A stretch of 64,000 nt of DNA, from the NCBI GenBank assembly GCA_918797485.1, contig CAKKNE010000006.1, forward strand, positions 1,364,001-1,428,000, written 5' to 3'. Origin of the DNA: Pelagomonas calceolata. Taxonomy: Eukaryota. A program made the position numbers and the translations under genes. This document shows positions 12,259-21,314 of this stretch, in pieces; positions within the stretch are counted from its first letter, which is position 1; every line of letters starts with the position of its first letter. The notes under the pieces are model-generated. The model worked only from the letters and a program-made list of their open reading frames with translations, searched no databases and was not told the DNA's origin.

Positions 12259-12407
12259 CTTCAAAACATTATCTTCACAGCGGCCGGGACGGGCAAAGCC
12301 GGGGCAGCCTGCCGATACAATGGTACGGTAGCGCACACGCACAGGCTCTGGCTCTGGCTGAAAGCTGTCGAACAAGAGCCTGACGTCTAGAGACCCAGGA
12401 ATCCACG

Positions 12408-15400
12408 ATGGAGCTGCCCACAGACAGCTTTGAGCTGCCCAGCCCCACGTCGGACCTGGCCTGGAGCCCCTCACCCACCAAGCAAAGGCTGCCGGCCCTG
12501 AGCCCCCATCTGTCACTGCCGAGCCCTCATAGGAGAGGGAGCTTCGACGCGGCGCTGAGCCCGCAGCGCCGTGGGAGCTTCGACGCGAGCCCCACACGAC
12601 GTCGCAGGGACGCCGCGCTCGAGTTGGAACTGGGCGCGCCCGACGGCCAGGGCGGAAGGATAGGCGAGCGCCTCTCGCTCGGGAGCGACGGCAGCGGCAG
12701 CCCCGTCAGACGGAGGAAGCACCGTCGGAGGAAGAAGCACCGCCACAGCCGGAGTCCCGAGCATTCGCCAATCAAGGAAAGTGTCCTGGAAGGCATTACG
12801 GTGCGGAGGAAGGGCTTCGGCGGGCGACGGAAAATAGACAAAAAAAATAGGAGGAAACACAAGGGCCGGAAGCAGTACGCGCGGTTAGATGAATATGCCC
12901 AGCAGCAGGAAGCCGCGGCGCCGGGCCCCGCGCCGTCCCTCGTAAAGAGCCGGCCGGAGACGCCCGCGGACGTCGCTCCGGAAGAGTCGGACGGCTCTTC
13001 TGAAGACGAGCTAGAGGTCGAAGACGACGGTATCCAGGGCGTGCCGTCGTTGGCAAACCCCTTGTATTTGAGGATTACCATGGCTGATGGTGTGCTCGCC
13101 CGAACGGGAGCTGAGGTCGCGAGGATGGCCGTGTACCCCATCAATAAACACTGTATCGTGCGATGTATCAAGCGCGTCACACGTGAAGATCCTAGGTCGG
13201 GCAAACACATCAGGTGGTATTTAATAAATGCGCCGGTGCCGGGTTCTGGTGTGGATGAATTTGAACGCATTATACCGAAAGAGTTTTCATACCTCTCTGA
13301 TAACGAAGAGGGCGTCTGGATTCGCAGTATGAGGAATATGATTGGTTTTGAGGAGGTCAGTGTCCTTACCGAGTGTACGAGAGCCGAATACGCCGAGTTA
13401 TGTAGAAAAGAACATGCCGCCTTCGAATCCATAGAGGAAGACGCGGCCTTAGCGTTGATCGAGGCGGACGTCAACGGCTGTGCCGCATTTATTGCGAGGG
13501 CCACTCGTAGATTAGAGGAACGGCGCGTCATGATCCGCATGTTCGCACCGATCTGTCGCGAGCTCGAGACGAGTATCGAAGCCAGAAAAAAAGCTACTGA
13601 GGTTGTGCTAAATGACGACGGCGACGAAATTGCCGCCATGAACGCTACCAGAGAGGTCCACGCGAAGGCCCGGAAGGAGGCTATCGATAAAGCTCGGTTG
13701 ATGGATTTACGGTATCGGCCCGAGATACTGTTAGGTGCTTTGGCCCGATCAGCGTGTGAGACGCACAATCCGCGCGAAGCCCTGTGGACTTTGCTATTGG
13801 GTGTTGCGGCTCGCGTCAACTTATTTATTCTGCAGAACAATAAGACGAGATTGTTTGTTCACGAGGCCCAACGGTTATCAACGGATTCAGCACTAAGAGG
13901 TGATATTTTCGTCGGTTTAGCGATGCGGGGCGAGGAGGGGAAACTACGAGATCTCTTGAGACGAGGCTACGCGTCGGCGGACGTCTGCCACTCCGCGGCT
14001 CAAATTTCGGCTTTATTTGCCGCGGTAAGTTCAGGAGCGGTCGGCGCCGTCGCTGCTTTGCTGGACCACGGCGCCGCTGTGGACACGAGGGATCTCCACA
14101 ACGATTTATTACCTTATCCACTACATGTCGCCGCGTACAACGGTTATCATCGCGTCACGAAATTATTGTTAGAAAGAGGCGCCGACCGCTATCCGGTGAA
14201 TAGCGAGAACCAGACGGCCCACGCCCTATGTAAGAAGAAATGGATTGAAGAAGGTGGCGATGCTCTAGATAGATGTTGTGAGTTATTAAGGTTGGAACCT
14301 ACCGTAGTAGAGGGCGTCTATGTCGCTCAAACTACGGACAGATCCATAACCATAGAATGGCCCGTACCTCCCGAACACAAGGTGAACAAGCTGGAAGCCG
14401 ATCAAATAGTAGAAGCCTACAAGGCGACGGCCATCGAATCGGGCGTGGGGACTGAGGAGAGGACTTTAATAAGAAAGCGGGCCGAGTGCCTGAAGAGAGG
14501 TGGCGTTTACCAGCTGACGTTCCATGATCTGCCTTCTCTCGTGTGCTTGGAGGTGTGTGTCTGCGCGCGCACGAATGGCTTGTATGGGCCCCTATCGGAC
14601 AAGGTCATCGCGTTTACGGAGGGTCGAAGGCCGAGGCCTTGTGACGTACCGCACTTAGCCGGCGTCGGTCTGGATTGGTTACGGGTCGAATTCGAGTCCG
14701 TGGAAAAGACGGAAGACAAGTCCTTCGAGGAGCGGGCGCCTCCCCTAGAGTTTGAATGTGAATTGTGTGCGTGGGCGCTCAAACAAGCAAAGCCGGTCGC
14801 GGTCGATGACGTCGAGTGGGCGACCGATGTCGACACGGACGACGACGAGGAACAACACTCACCTTCAAGGTGGTCCCTGCAGACCGTAGCTTCCGTATTT
14901 GTGGAGGTTGACTCCCTCGACGACGAGCCGCCCCTCGCGGAGTTTATCGACGTGAGACAACACGTGGCGTCATTTTTAGTGGGAAGAGGCTTCGAGGAGC
15001 CGCTGCGGATGCCCGCGCTGTATGTTCGTAGTCGAGCCCGGAATAAATATGGATGGGGCCCTTTTTCTGAAGCTTCGAGGGTGGGCCGGCCGCGCGAACC
15101 CATCATTAAAGCGGTCACGGCGTCCACCACGTCCGTGTCCCTGAAGTGGGACGCGTTGGATCGGAGAAGTGCCGCCTACGAGGTCATCGTAAGGCTATCG
15201 AGGCCCGACGTCGTAGAAAGGCGGAAGCGCGTTTTGTTCGCCTTCAATACCCTACCCCTGTTGAATCAGAGGAGGCGCTACCCGCCGCAGCCGCCGCAAC
15301 AGGAGGTTGTCATCGAAAATCGGAGGGGCCAGCGGACTTGGAGGGACGACGACGACGTCTGGACGCGCGTTTCTAGGGACCGGACGGACACAGAAGTCGT

Positions 15401-16475
15401 GGCTACGAGATTGCGACCCGGTCGTTCCTATGACGTGCGGATCCGGAGCTGCCCCTTACTGGGACCGCCGGACGACTGGAGCAACGCGGCGTGTGGAATA
15501 GTGAAGACGGCTCCGGTACGGCCCGAGGCGCCGCCGGCGCCACTGCCCCCGACGAACGCCGACGCTTTACTGATGGTCCTCGCCAAGGGTCTGGGGAAGA
15601 ACACGCAGAGACGTAATTTGACCTCGATGAGGATGGGAACTGATAGGAGGCCGTCCGGTGATTCGGACACGCTGGGCGAGATCGCTCGACAACGGTCTTC
15701 TAAGAAGACAATAGAGAGGAGGCGGTCCTTCGAATCCGACTCTGATGATGATGCGTACGGCGAACCTTCTAGAAGAGATGGCTTAATAGCGGACGACCGG
15801 CGGTTGGGCGCTGGCAGCGACGAGGGCGCGTATCTCGGCTGGTGCCGTACAGTACTGCCGCCGTCCAAAGATACGAACGGTTCCGCAGTGGACAAGTGGG
15901 AGGTCGAGGTCAAGTCTGACGAGGTCGAAGTGAGGCACTCTTGTAGTACAGACGGTGACAAGGGCGTTGCCACTATCTTTTTGGTACCCGCCCGAAGTTA
16001 TGAAATACGAAGTAGATGCAGGAACGGCGCGGGCTGGTCCCGTTTTAGTCCACCACTACAGATCAAGACGCCGTGCGGGCTCTGTCCGCCCCCTACCATG
16101 CGTATTGTAAATAAAAGTGGACGGCAATTACAATTGCGAGTCGGCAAGCCGTGTACTATAGACGTCGGGAAGATCTTCCGGGCGGGCGGTCGCGGGGGCA
16201 AGCCCATCGTGACGCAGTACGAGGAAAACGAACCCAATCAACGGTTCCCGCCGCCGGCCGAGTGTACTGGCTCGTACGAGATCGCTTCCAGAGATATCCG
16301 CGATAAAGACGACGCCTGGCAGGTCACGCCCAAGAAGAGTTCGAAGGCCACGTTCAAGACTGTGATCAAAAGATTGACGCCGGGCGAGACCTACGACATC
16401 AGGGTGCGGGCGCGCTACGAGGCGGGGTGGAGCGCGTGGTCGGCTTGTTTGCGCGTCATGACGGCGCAGGGGTAA
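12408..16475 (+). CDS. Large ankyrin-repeat and fibronectin type III domain protein
   Basis: Ankyrin motifs ALFAAVSSG and PLHVAAYNGYHRVTKLLLERGAD. Multiple FN3 signatures (LRPGRSYDVRIR, RARNKYGWGPFS, LTPGETYDIRVRARYEAGWSAWS). Confidence 0.88.
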   Translation: MELPTDSFELPSPTSDLAWSPSPTKQRLPALSPHLSLPSPHRRGSFDAALSPQRRGSFDASPTRRRRDAALELELGAPDGQGGRIGERLSLGSDGSGSPVRRRKHRRRKKHRHSRSPEHSPIKESVLEGITVRRKGFGGRRKIDKKNRRKHKGRKQYARLDEYAQQQEAAAPGPAPSLVKSRPETPADVAPEESDGSSEDELEVEDDGIQGVPSLANPLYLRITMADGVLARTGAEVARMAVYPINKHCIVRCIKRVTREDPRSGKHIRWYLINAPVPGSGVDEFERIIPKEFSYLSDNEEGVWIRSMRNMIGFEEVSVLTECTRAEYAELCRKEHAAFESIEEDAALALIEADVNGCAAFIARATRRLEERRVMIRMFAPICRELETSIEARKKATEVVLNDDGDEIAAMNATREVHAKARKEAIDKARLMDLRYRPEILLGALARSACETHNPREALWTLLLGVAARVNLFILQNNKTRLFVHEAQRLSTDSALRGDIFVGLAMRGEEGKLRDLLRRGYASADVCHSAAQISALFAAVSSGAVGAVAALLDHGAAVDTRDLHNDLLPYPLHVAAYNGYHRVTKLLLERGADRYPVNSENQTAHALCKKKWIEEGGDALDRCCELLRLEPTVVEGVYVAQTTDRSITIEWPVPPEHKVNKLEADQIVEAYKATAIESGVGTEERTLIRKRAECLKRGGVYQLTFHDLPSLVCLEVCVCARTNGLYGPLSDKVIAFTEGRRPRPCDVPHLAGVGLDWLRVEFESVEKTEDKSFEERAPPLEFECELCAWALKQAKPVAVDDVEWATDVDTDDDEEQHSPSRWSLQTVASVFVEVDSLDDEPPLAEFIDVRQHVASFLVGRGFEEPLRMPALYVRSRARNKYGWGPFSEASRVGRPREPIIKAVTASTTSVSLKWDALDRRSAAYEVIVRLSRPDVVERRKRVLFAFNTLPLLNQRRRYPPQPPQQEVVIENRRGQRTWRDDDDVWTRVSRDRTDTEVVATRLRPGRSYDVRIRSCPLLGPPDDWSNAACGIVKTAPVRPEAPPAPLPPTNADALLMVLAKGLGKNTQRRNLTSMRMGTDRRPSGDSDTLGEIARQRSSKKTIERRRSFESDSDDDAYGEPSRRDGLIADDRRLGAGSDEGAYLGWCRTVLPPSKDTNGSAVDKWEVEVKSDEVEVRHSCSTDGDKGVATIFLVPARSYEIRSRCRNGAGWSRFSPPLQIKTPCGLCPPPTMRIVNKSGRQLQLRVGKPCTIDVGKIFRAGGRGGKPIVTQYEENEPNQRFPPPAECTGSYEIASRDIRDKDDAWQVTPKKSSKATFKTVIKRLTPGETYDIRVRARYEAGWSAWSACLRVMTAQG

Positions 16476-16541
16476 CGTAAGTGTTGTGTTTTTATACTTA
16501 CAGGGAGCTTTCAATCCCCATCGGGAGCGGGTGCCTTTTTG

Positions 16542-16563
16542 CTAGTGTCTTACTATCCGCTAG
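16542..16563 (+). promoter_or_regulatory. CTAG...CTAG intergenic motif
   Basis: CTAGTGTCTTACTATCCGCTAG about 200 bp upstream of ATG 16767. Confidence 0.55.
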
Positions 16564-16766
16564 CGTCACGCGAACTTGAAAATCAAGCAAGCAAAGCGCT
16601 TTGTATAGCTGCCCGCGCACCAAAAGATGAAGCAAGCAATGCCCATCGCCAGAGTCTGGACGCGGTAGGCTGCCCGCGCACGGCCTGCGGCCCGCGCACA
16701 AGCGGGCATCATCCTGCACTTGCCGCTGCGCTGCGCTGTGCCAGCCGCTGCGCTACAGCCGCTGCC

Positions 16767-18491
16767 ATGGCCACCGCGCCCTATGAAGACCGTGCCGAGG
16801 AGGTCACGTACCTGCTGGCGCAGTGCGGCCTGGCGCGCTACTTGCCGGCGTTCAGGAATGACGACGTCGACGACTCCTGCCTCAACACCCTGACGCCGGA
16901 GGACCTCCACGACCTCGGGCTGCCCATGGGACCGCGCGCGCGCCTCGCGCGGGCGATCCGGGAGCGCAACGCCGCGGCAGCGGCTGCCGCACCGTCGGCC
17001 GCGGCAGCGCCCGCCGCACCGTCGCTGCCGCCTCCGCCCCCACTGCCGGTGTCGATGCGCGCCGCCACGCCGCCGCCGTTCGATAACGACGACGACGACG
17101 ACGACCTGTGCCAGATGTGCTGGGATAACGCCATCGATTGCAAATGCAAACACTGCGAGAAGGCCTTCTTCTGCAGCGCATGCGTTGCAAACTGGCGGCG
17201 GCAGGGCACTGCCAAGGCGCAGGGCTCGAGCTGTCCGACGTGCCGCCAGCCAGAGGAGGGGCAGCTCGAAGTCGTGGACCTGGAGGGCCGGCCGCTCGAC
17301 GCCCCGCGGGCGATGGCGTGGGGAGGAGCCGCACCGGCGGTCGTGCCCTTCCCCGGGGCCGCGGAGGCCGAGGCGCGGCGGCGGCGCGAAGCTGAGGCGC
17401 GCGCGGCCGCGGACGCCGACGCGCTGCGACGGCGGCGCGAGGCCGAAGCGGTGCGGGCTCGCGAACGGCGCGAAGCGGAGATGTACGCCGCTGCCGCCGA
17501 GGCGGAGGCGCGGCGGCGGCGCGAGGCCGAGGCCCGCGCAGCACTTAACGCGGCGGCCCTCGCGACCTCTGTCGCGGCCAAGGACGCAGGAGTGTGGGCG
17601 TCGCGTGCGTATGAGGGCAGATCCGCCGTGCGTGAGGAAGCCCATCGGCGCGCCCGCGTGACGAAACCCTCCGACGTCGGCGGCGACCACGCTGCTTACG
17701 TCGATGCCTACGTCGCGGCCGTGACCGGTGCCTTTGAGGACGCCGAGGCGCGCGCGGCGGACCGGGCCGCCGCGGCGGCCGCCGCGCGCGGTGCCCACGA
17801 CGCGGCGGTCGATCGGGACAACGCGGCCGCCGCTGTTATCTCGGCCTTCGTCGACGAGGCTGTCGCGAGTTGTCGTCGGGACGCCGCCGCCGCGGCGATC
17901 GCCGAACTCACTGAAATTGCCGGCGAGATCTTGATGCTTGTCGACGCGCACGGCGGCACGATAAGCACGACGAGCCTCGGGAACGCCTACAAAAAATGGT
18001 ATGGGAAGGACCTCGACTATCCAGGGAAGCTGACAACGTTCCTCAAGGACCTCCCTGGAGTAGAATTGATCCACGACATTAGCGCTAGGTTTCCGTCATG
18101 GATACGCCGGGCGACCGCGCTCGCGCCGATAACCAACCCCCGGGTTGCCGCCGACGTACACCGGATCCTGCAGGGGGCGGCCGCCGAGCCGGCATCCGCG
18201 GCGCCGTCGCGCAGCGTGAGCCCCGACCCCACGGCTGCTCCCTGGACGCCGGCGGCGGCGCCGGCGGTGCCTGCCTTCCATTCTCACCCGGGCATGTATT
18301 CCTGGAGGGCCCCGCCGCCGTCGCCGGTGCCCATGGGCGCCTATGTCATGCCGCCGCCCCTACCTGTGCCGCTCCTACCTGCGCCGCTCCTCAACCCGTT
18401 CGTCCTCCAGCCCGTCCCGCAAGCAAGACGGTCGCGCAACCGGGGCAAGAAGAATGGGAAGAACGAGGTGTGTGTAAGTGAATTCATGTGA
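16767..18491 (+). CDS. SAM + RING finger + LOTUS/OST-HTH domain protein
   Basis: SAM: LAQCGLARYLPAF...LHDLGLPMGPRARL. RING: CQMCWD...FCSACV...CPTCR. LOTUS-like: LGNAYKKWYGKDLDYPGKLTTFLKDLPGV. The 3' end is uncertain because of a possible splice donor near 18468. Confidence 0.8.
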   Translation: MATAPYEDRAEEVTYLLAQCGLARYLPAFRNDDVDDSCLNTLTPEDLHDLGLPMGPRARLARAIRERNAAAAAAAPSAAAAPAAPSLPPPPPLPVSMRAATPPPFDNDDDDDDLCQMCWDNAIDCKCKHCEKAFFCSACVANWRRQGTAKAQGSSCPTCRQPEEGQLEVVDLEGRPLDAPRAMAWGGAAPAVVPFPGAAEAEARRRREAEARAAADADALRRRREAEAVRARERREAEMYAAAAEAEARRRREAEARAALNAAALATSVAAKDAGVWASRAYEGRSAVREEAHRRARVTKPSDVGGDHAAYVDAYVAAVTGAFEDAEARAADRAAAAAAARGAHDAAVDRDNAAAAVISAFVDEAVASCRRDAAAAAIAELTEIAGEILMLVDAHGGTISTTSLGNAYKKWYGKDLDYPGKLTTFLKDLPGVELIHDISARFPSWIRRATALAPITNPRVAADVHRILQGAAAEPASAAPSRSVSPDPTAAPWTPAAAPAVPAFHSHPGMYSWRAPPPSPVPMGAYVMPPPLPVPLLPAPLLNPFVLQPVPQARRSRNRGKKNGKNEVCVSEFM

Positions 18492-19146
18492 ATTTGTCGT
18501 TGAATCCTGCATGTACTACGGGGTCCCTGGGATAGATCCAAGTACATGCGGGTCGACTTGCGTCGGGGTTGGCCGGAAGCGGATCGTGGACCCCGGATGT
18601 GCCCTCGTGCATAAAGGTAGTGGCGAGCCCTTCGGCGACGGCGATAAAGTTATCGACGTGGCGGTGGCGGTGGTGCGATACCTCGCGCGCCGGGCGCATC
18701 AGCCGGAGCCGTCGTTCGCGGCGGCGGCGGCGGCGCTGCGGGCGCGCAACGCGAGCGGTTTCGCCTACGGGTTTGGTACTAATTCGACGAAGAAGACCAA
18801 GCGGCTGCACAACGCGACCGCTATCCGGAAGAAAGTACCGTGGTACAGGCGGCACGGGCACGCGAACGCGACCCTGGCGCGCCGCCATCGGGGCAATGCG
18901 ACCGGGTTCCTGCGACACCGGCGGCACGCGAACGCGACGCGCTTGCATCATCGTCGGCACCCGCGGCGCCATAACCCAGACGGGATCGGCGCGCCAACTC
19001 CAGGCGACGCGGTCGACGGCGTGGTCGTGGCGGCGCCAGCGCCGCAGGGGATTTCGTCCGAACTCGAGGCGCTGGCTGCGCTGCACCAGAAGGGCGCGCT
19101 GACCGATGGCGAGTTCGCCGCGGCCAAGGCCAAGCTCCTGGGGTAA
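18478..19146 (+). CDS. Hypothetical or fragmentary ORF with His/Arg-rich NAT repeats and a C-terminal SHOCT-like domain
   Basis: ELEALAALHQKGALTDGEFAAAKAKLLG matches SHOCT. The 5' end is not convincing. Confidence 0.5.
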   Translation: MNSCEFVVESCMYYGVPGIDPSTCGSTCVGVGRKRIVDPGCALVHKGSGEPFGDGDKVIDVAVAVVRYLARRAHQPEPSFAAAAAALRARNASGFAYGFGTNSTKKTKRLHNATAIRKKVPWYRRHGHANATLARRHRGNATGFLRHRRHANATRLHHRRHPRRHNPDGIGAPTPGDAVDGVVVAAPAPQGISSELEALAALHQKGALTDGEFAAAKAKLLG

Positions 19147-19154
19147 CATAACTA

Positions 19155-20309
19155 TCAACTTACCGTCTCCGGAGAAGGTGGAGACGCGGGCGGCTCCGGG
19201 GGAATTTCGAGCCGCCCCGCCACCCAATTCGCGGCGGCCGCCCCCGACGCCAGCGCCCGATCGACCGTCCCGCCGCCCGCGCACCAGTCGCCGCACACGA
19301 CCACCAGCGGCCGCTCCGAGCAAATAACAAAAGGCGCCTCTCCAATTTTCGCGCCCGCGGCGGGCGGCGCCGTCGGCGTTAAAACAGCCTCGTAGAGCTT
19401 TGCACCGCCACCCCCGCGCCGGGCGACGACGTCACCGTCCACGAAGACCCCGCACCGCGCGACGGCGACGTTACCAGTAGATACCGTGACGCCATCCGCG
19501 TCCGACTCATTTGAAGCATTATCAGAGGCGTAGGCCCGCACGCTGACCTCCCGAAACCCGACGGCCTTGGCCGCCGCCGCGACGCGCCCCTCCCGGTCGA
19601 GGTTGATCGCGCACCGTCTAGAGGCCTCAGCACCACATGCCACAATGACCGCATCGTACTTGCACGACAGATCGTCAATATCATAAACACTCTCCTCTGA
19701 CGCCGCGGCGAGCAGTACTGGCCTTCCAAATGAAAACCTATCTGGTCGCGCCTCGTCCAACAAATGCCGCAGTAAATTTACGTTACCTCCCGCAATACGA
19801 AAGTGCTCCCACTGGCCCGTCGCCGCGTTCCAGCCGCCCGGCCGTTCTGAGGTCCTTGCGAGTTTACCGTAGGACCTCAAGCCGTCGTCGACGTGTTCTA
19901 CGCCAGGGACGTGCTGTAAAATGTCCATCAAGACATTTGCGGAAGCCGGGTCCGCACCGTCCACCGACAGACACTGAGCACCAATATCGGCGTCCCCGAC
20001 CTCATCGTTAGGACCGCCCAATCTTCTGATAAAACTCTTTTCTCCTATACTTCTACCGGCCTCGGCGCATCGTAGCTCAACACGCGCTCCGAATGCTTTC
20101 CGCAATTGTGCAGCACAAGCGCAGCCCGCCGGGCCCAACCCTACCACGAGGATCTTCGGCCGCTGCGGGTTATTGGTCTCGGGCGGCGGCGGCGGGGCCC
20201 AGTCGCGAAAGGGCGTGCTGGCGGCCGTCGCGGCGGCTAGACGTATCGTGCCGCGGCAGGTTATGATTTCTCTTGTTTCGGGGTCCCTTGTTTGGTTCCA
20301 TTCGGCCAT
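19155..20309 (-). CDS. FAD/NAD(P)-dependent oxidoreductase, renalase-like
   Basis: KILVVGLGPAGCACA Rossmann motif, DIGAQ, and C-terminal VCGDWC...ALASG. Confidence 0.75.
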   Translation of the reverse strand: MAEWNQTRDPETREIITCRGTIRLAAATAASTPFRDWAPPPPPETNNPQRPKILVVGLGPAGCACAAQLRKAFGARVELRCAEAGRSIGEKSFIRRLGGPNDEVGDADIGAQCLSVDGADPASANVLMDILQHVPGVEHVDDGLRSYGKLARTSERPGGWNAATGQWEHFRIAGGNVNLLRHLLDEARPDRFSFGRPVLLAAASEESVYDIDDLSCKYDAVIVACGAEASRRCAINLDREGRVAAAAKAVGFREVSVRAYASDNASNESDADGVTVSTGNVAVARCGVFVDGDVVARRGGGGAKLYEAVLTPTAPPAAGAKIGEAPFVICSERPLVVVCGDWCAGGGTVDRALASGAAAANWVAGRLEIPPEPPASPPSPETVS

Positions 20310-20530
20310 TTTAGTTAGCTTGCGCGTCCGCCGACAGACTTGGCAGCTCAATCTGTTAGCTTGCGCGTCCGCCGACAAGGCTTGGCAGCTCTATCTTGCG
20401 CGTTGCGACGGCAGCGATGGCAGCAATCTCAAGGGGCCTTCGCAGCGAACAAAGGAGCAGTAGAACCGGGCCGACGTGTCGAGGCTTGCCGTGCGTGCGC
20501 GTTTGCCGGCGCCCCAGCTTGCTTTCATCC

Positions 20531-20552
20531 CTAGTGTCTTACATGCCGCTAG
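20531..20552 (+). promoter_or_regulatory. CTAG...CTAG intergenic motif
   Basis: CTAGTGTCTTACATGCCGCTAG between divergent genes. Confidence 0.6.
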
Positions 20553-20752
20553 CTCTCACGCTTCCTATCAGTGATTGTGTTACCGTGAGACGCATGGGAG
20601 CGATCGAAAGACGGCTCCCGGAGGCCAAAACGAGCGCTCGACCTCGATGCAACAATCGAGCTGGAGCTCATCGCGGTGGTGCTCTGCCTCCTACCACTGG
20701 GCCCACGCGCAAGCTTGACGTACTGCAGTAGTCACAGTATATCTTGCTAACC

Positions 20753-21289
20753 ATGACTAGGTTAATCGTTGCCACTCTTGCCACCGCGGCTGCGCTTGCA
20801 CCCAGCCCTGTGAAACCAGCACAGTCTGTAATCGCGCGGCGCGACGTCGCGGCGACGCTCGGCGCCTTCGCCGCCGCCGTCGCGCTGCCCGCCTTCGCGG
20901 ACGACGCGCCGGCCGCGCCGCCCGCCGAGGCGGAAGCCCCGGCGCCCGTCGAGTTCCCCAAGGACTGGGGCATCACGTCCGACTACTACACGGACGCGGC
21001 CAAGGTCGTCGCGCACATGCGCCTGGCCACGTCCCTGGAGAAGGGCGCGCCGAACATGGAGATGATCGCGCTGAACTGCAAGAAGGAGATGATCGACTTC
21101 GTGTCGTTCTACCGCCGCTTCACGAACGTGAGCGGCAAGCAGTCCTTCTCGACGCTCTACACGGCGATCAACGTGCTCGCGGGCCACTACACGTCCTACG
21201 GGCCCAAGTTCCCCGTCCCCGAGAAGCGCCGCAAGCGCCTCTTCCAGGAGTACGCCGAGGTCGAGAAGAACATCAAGAAACGCCGCTAG
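20753..21289 (+). CDS. psb27: Photosystem II assembly/repair lipoprotein-family Psb27, thylakoid lumen
   Basis: Signal peptide, twin-Arg lumen signal (RRDVAA...PAFA), and SFSTLYTAINVLAGHYTSYGPKFPVPEKRRKRL. Confidence 0.9.
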   Translation: MTRLIVATLATAAALAPSPVKPAQSVIARRDVAATLGAFAAAVALPAFADDAPAAPPAEAEAPAPVEFPKDWGITSDYYTDAAKVVAHMRLATSLEKGAPNMEMIALNCKKEMIDFVSFYRRFTNVSGKQSFSTLYTAINVLAGHYTSYGPKFPVPEKRRKRLFQEYAEVEKNIKKRR

Positions 21290-21314
21290 GTAGTAACTCA
21301 TATATGCTACACAC

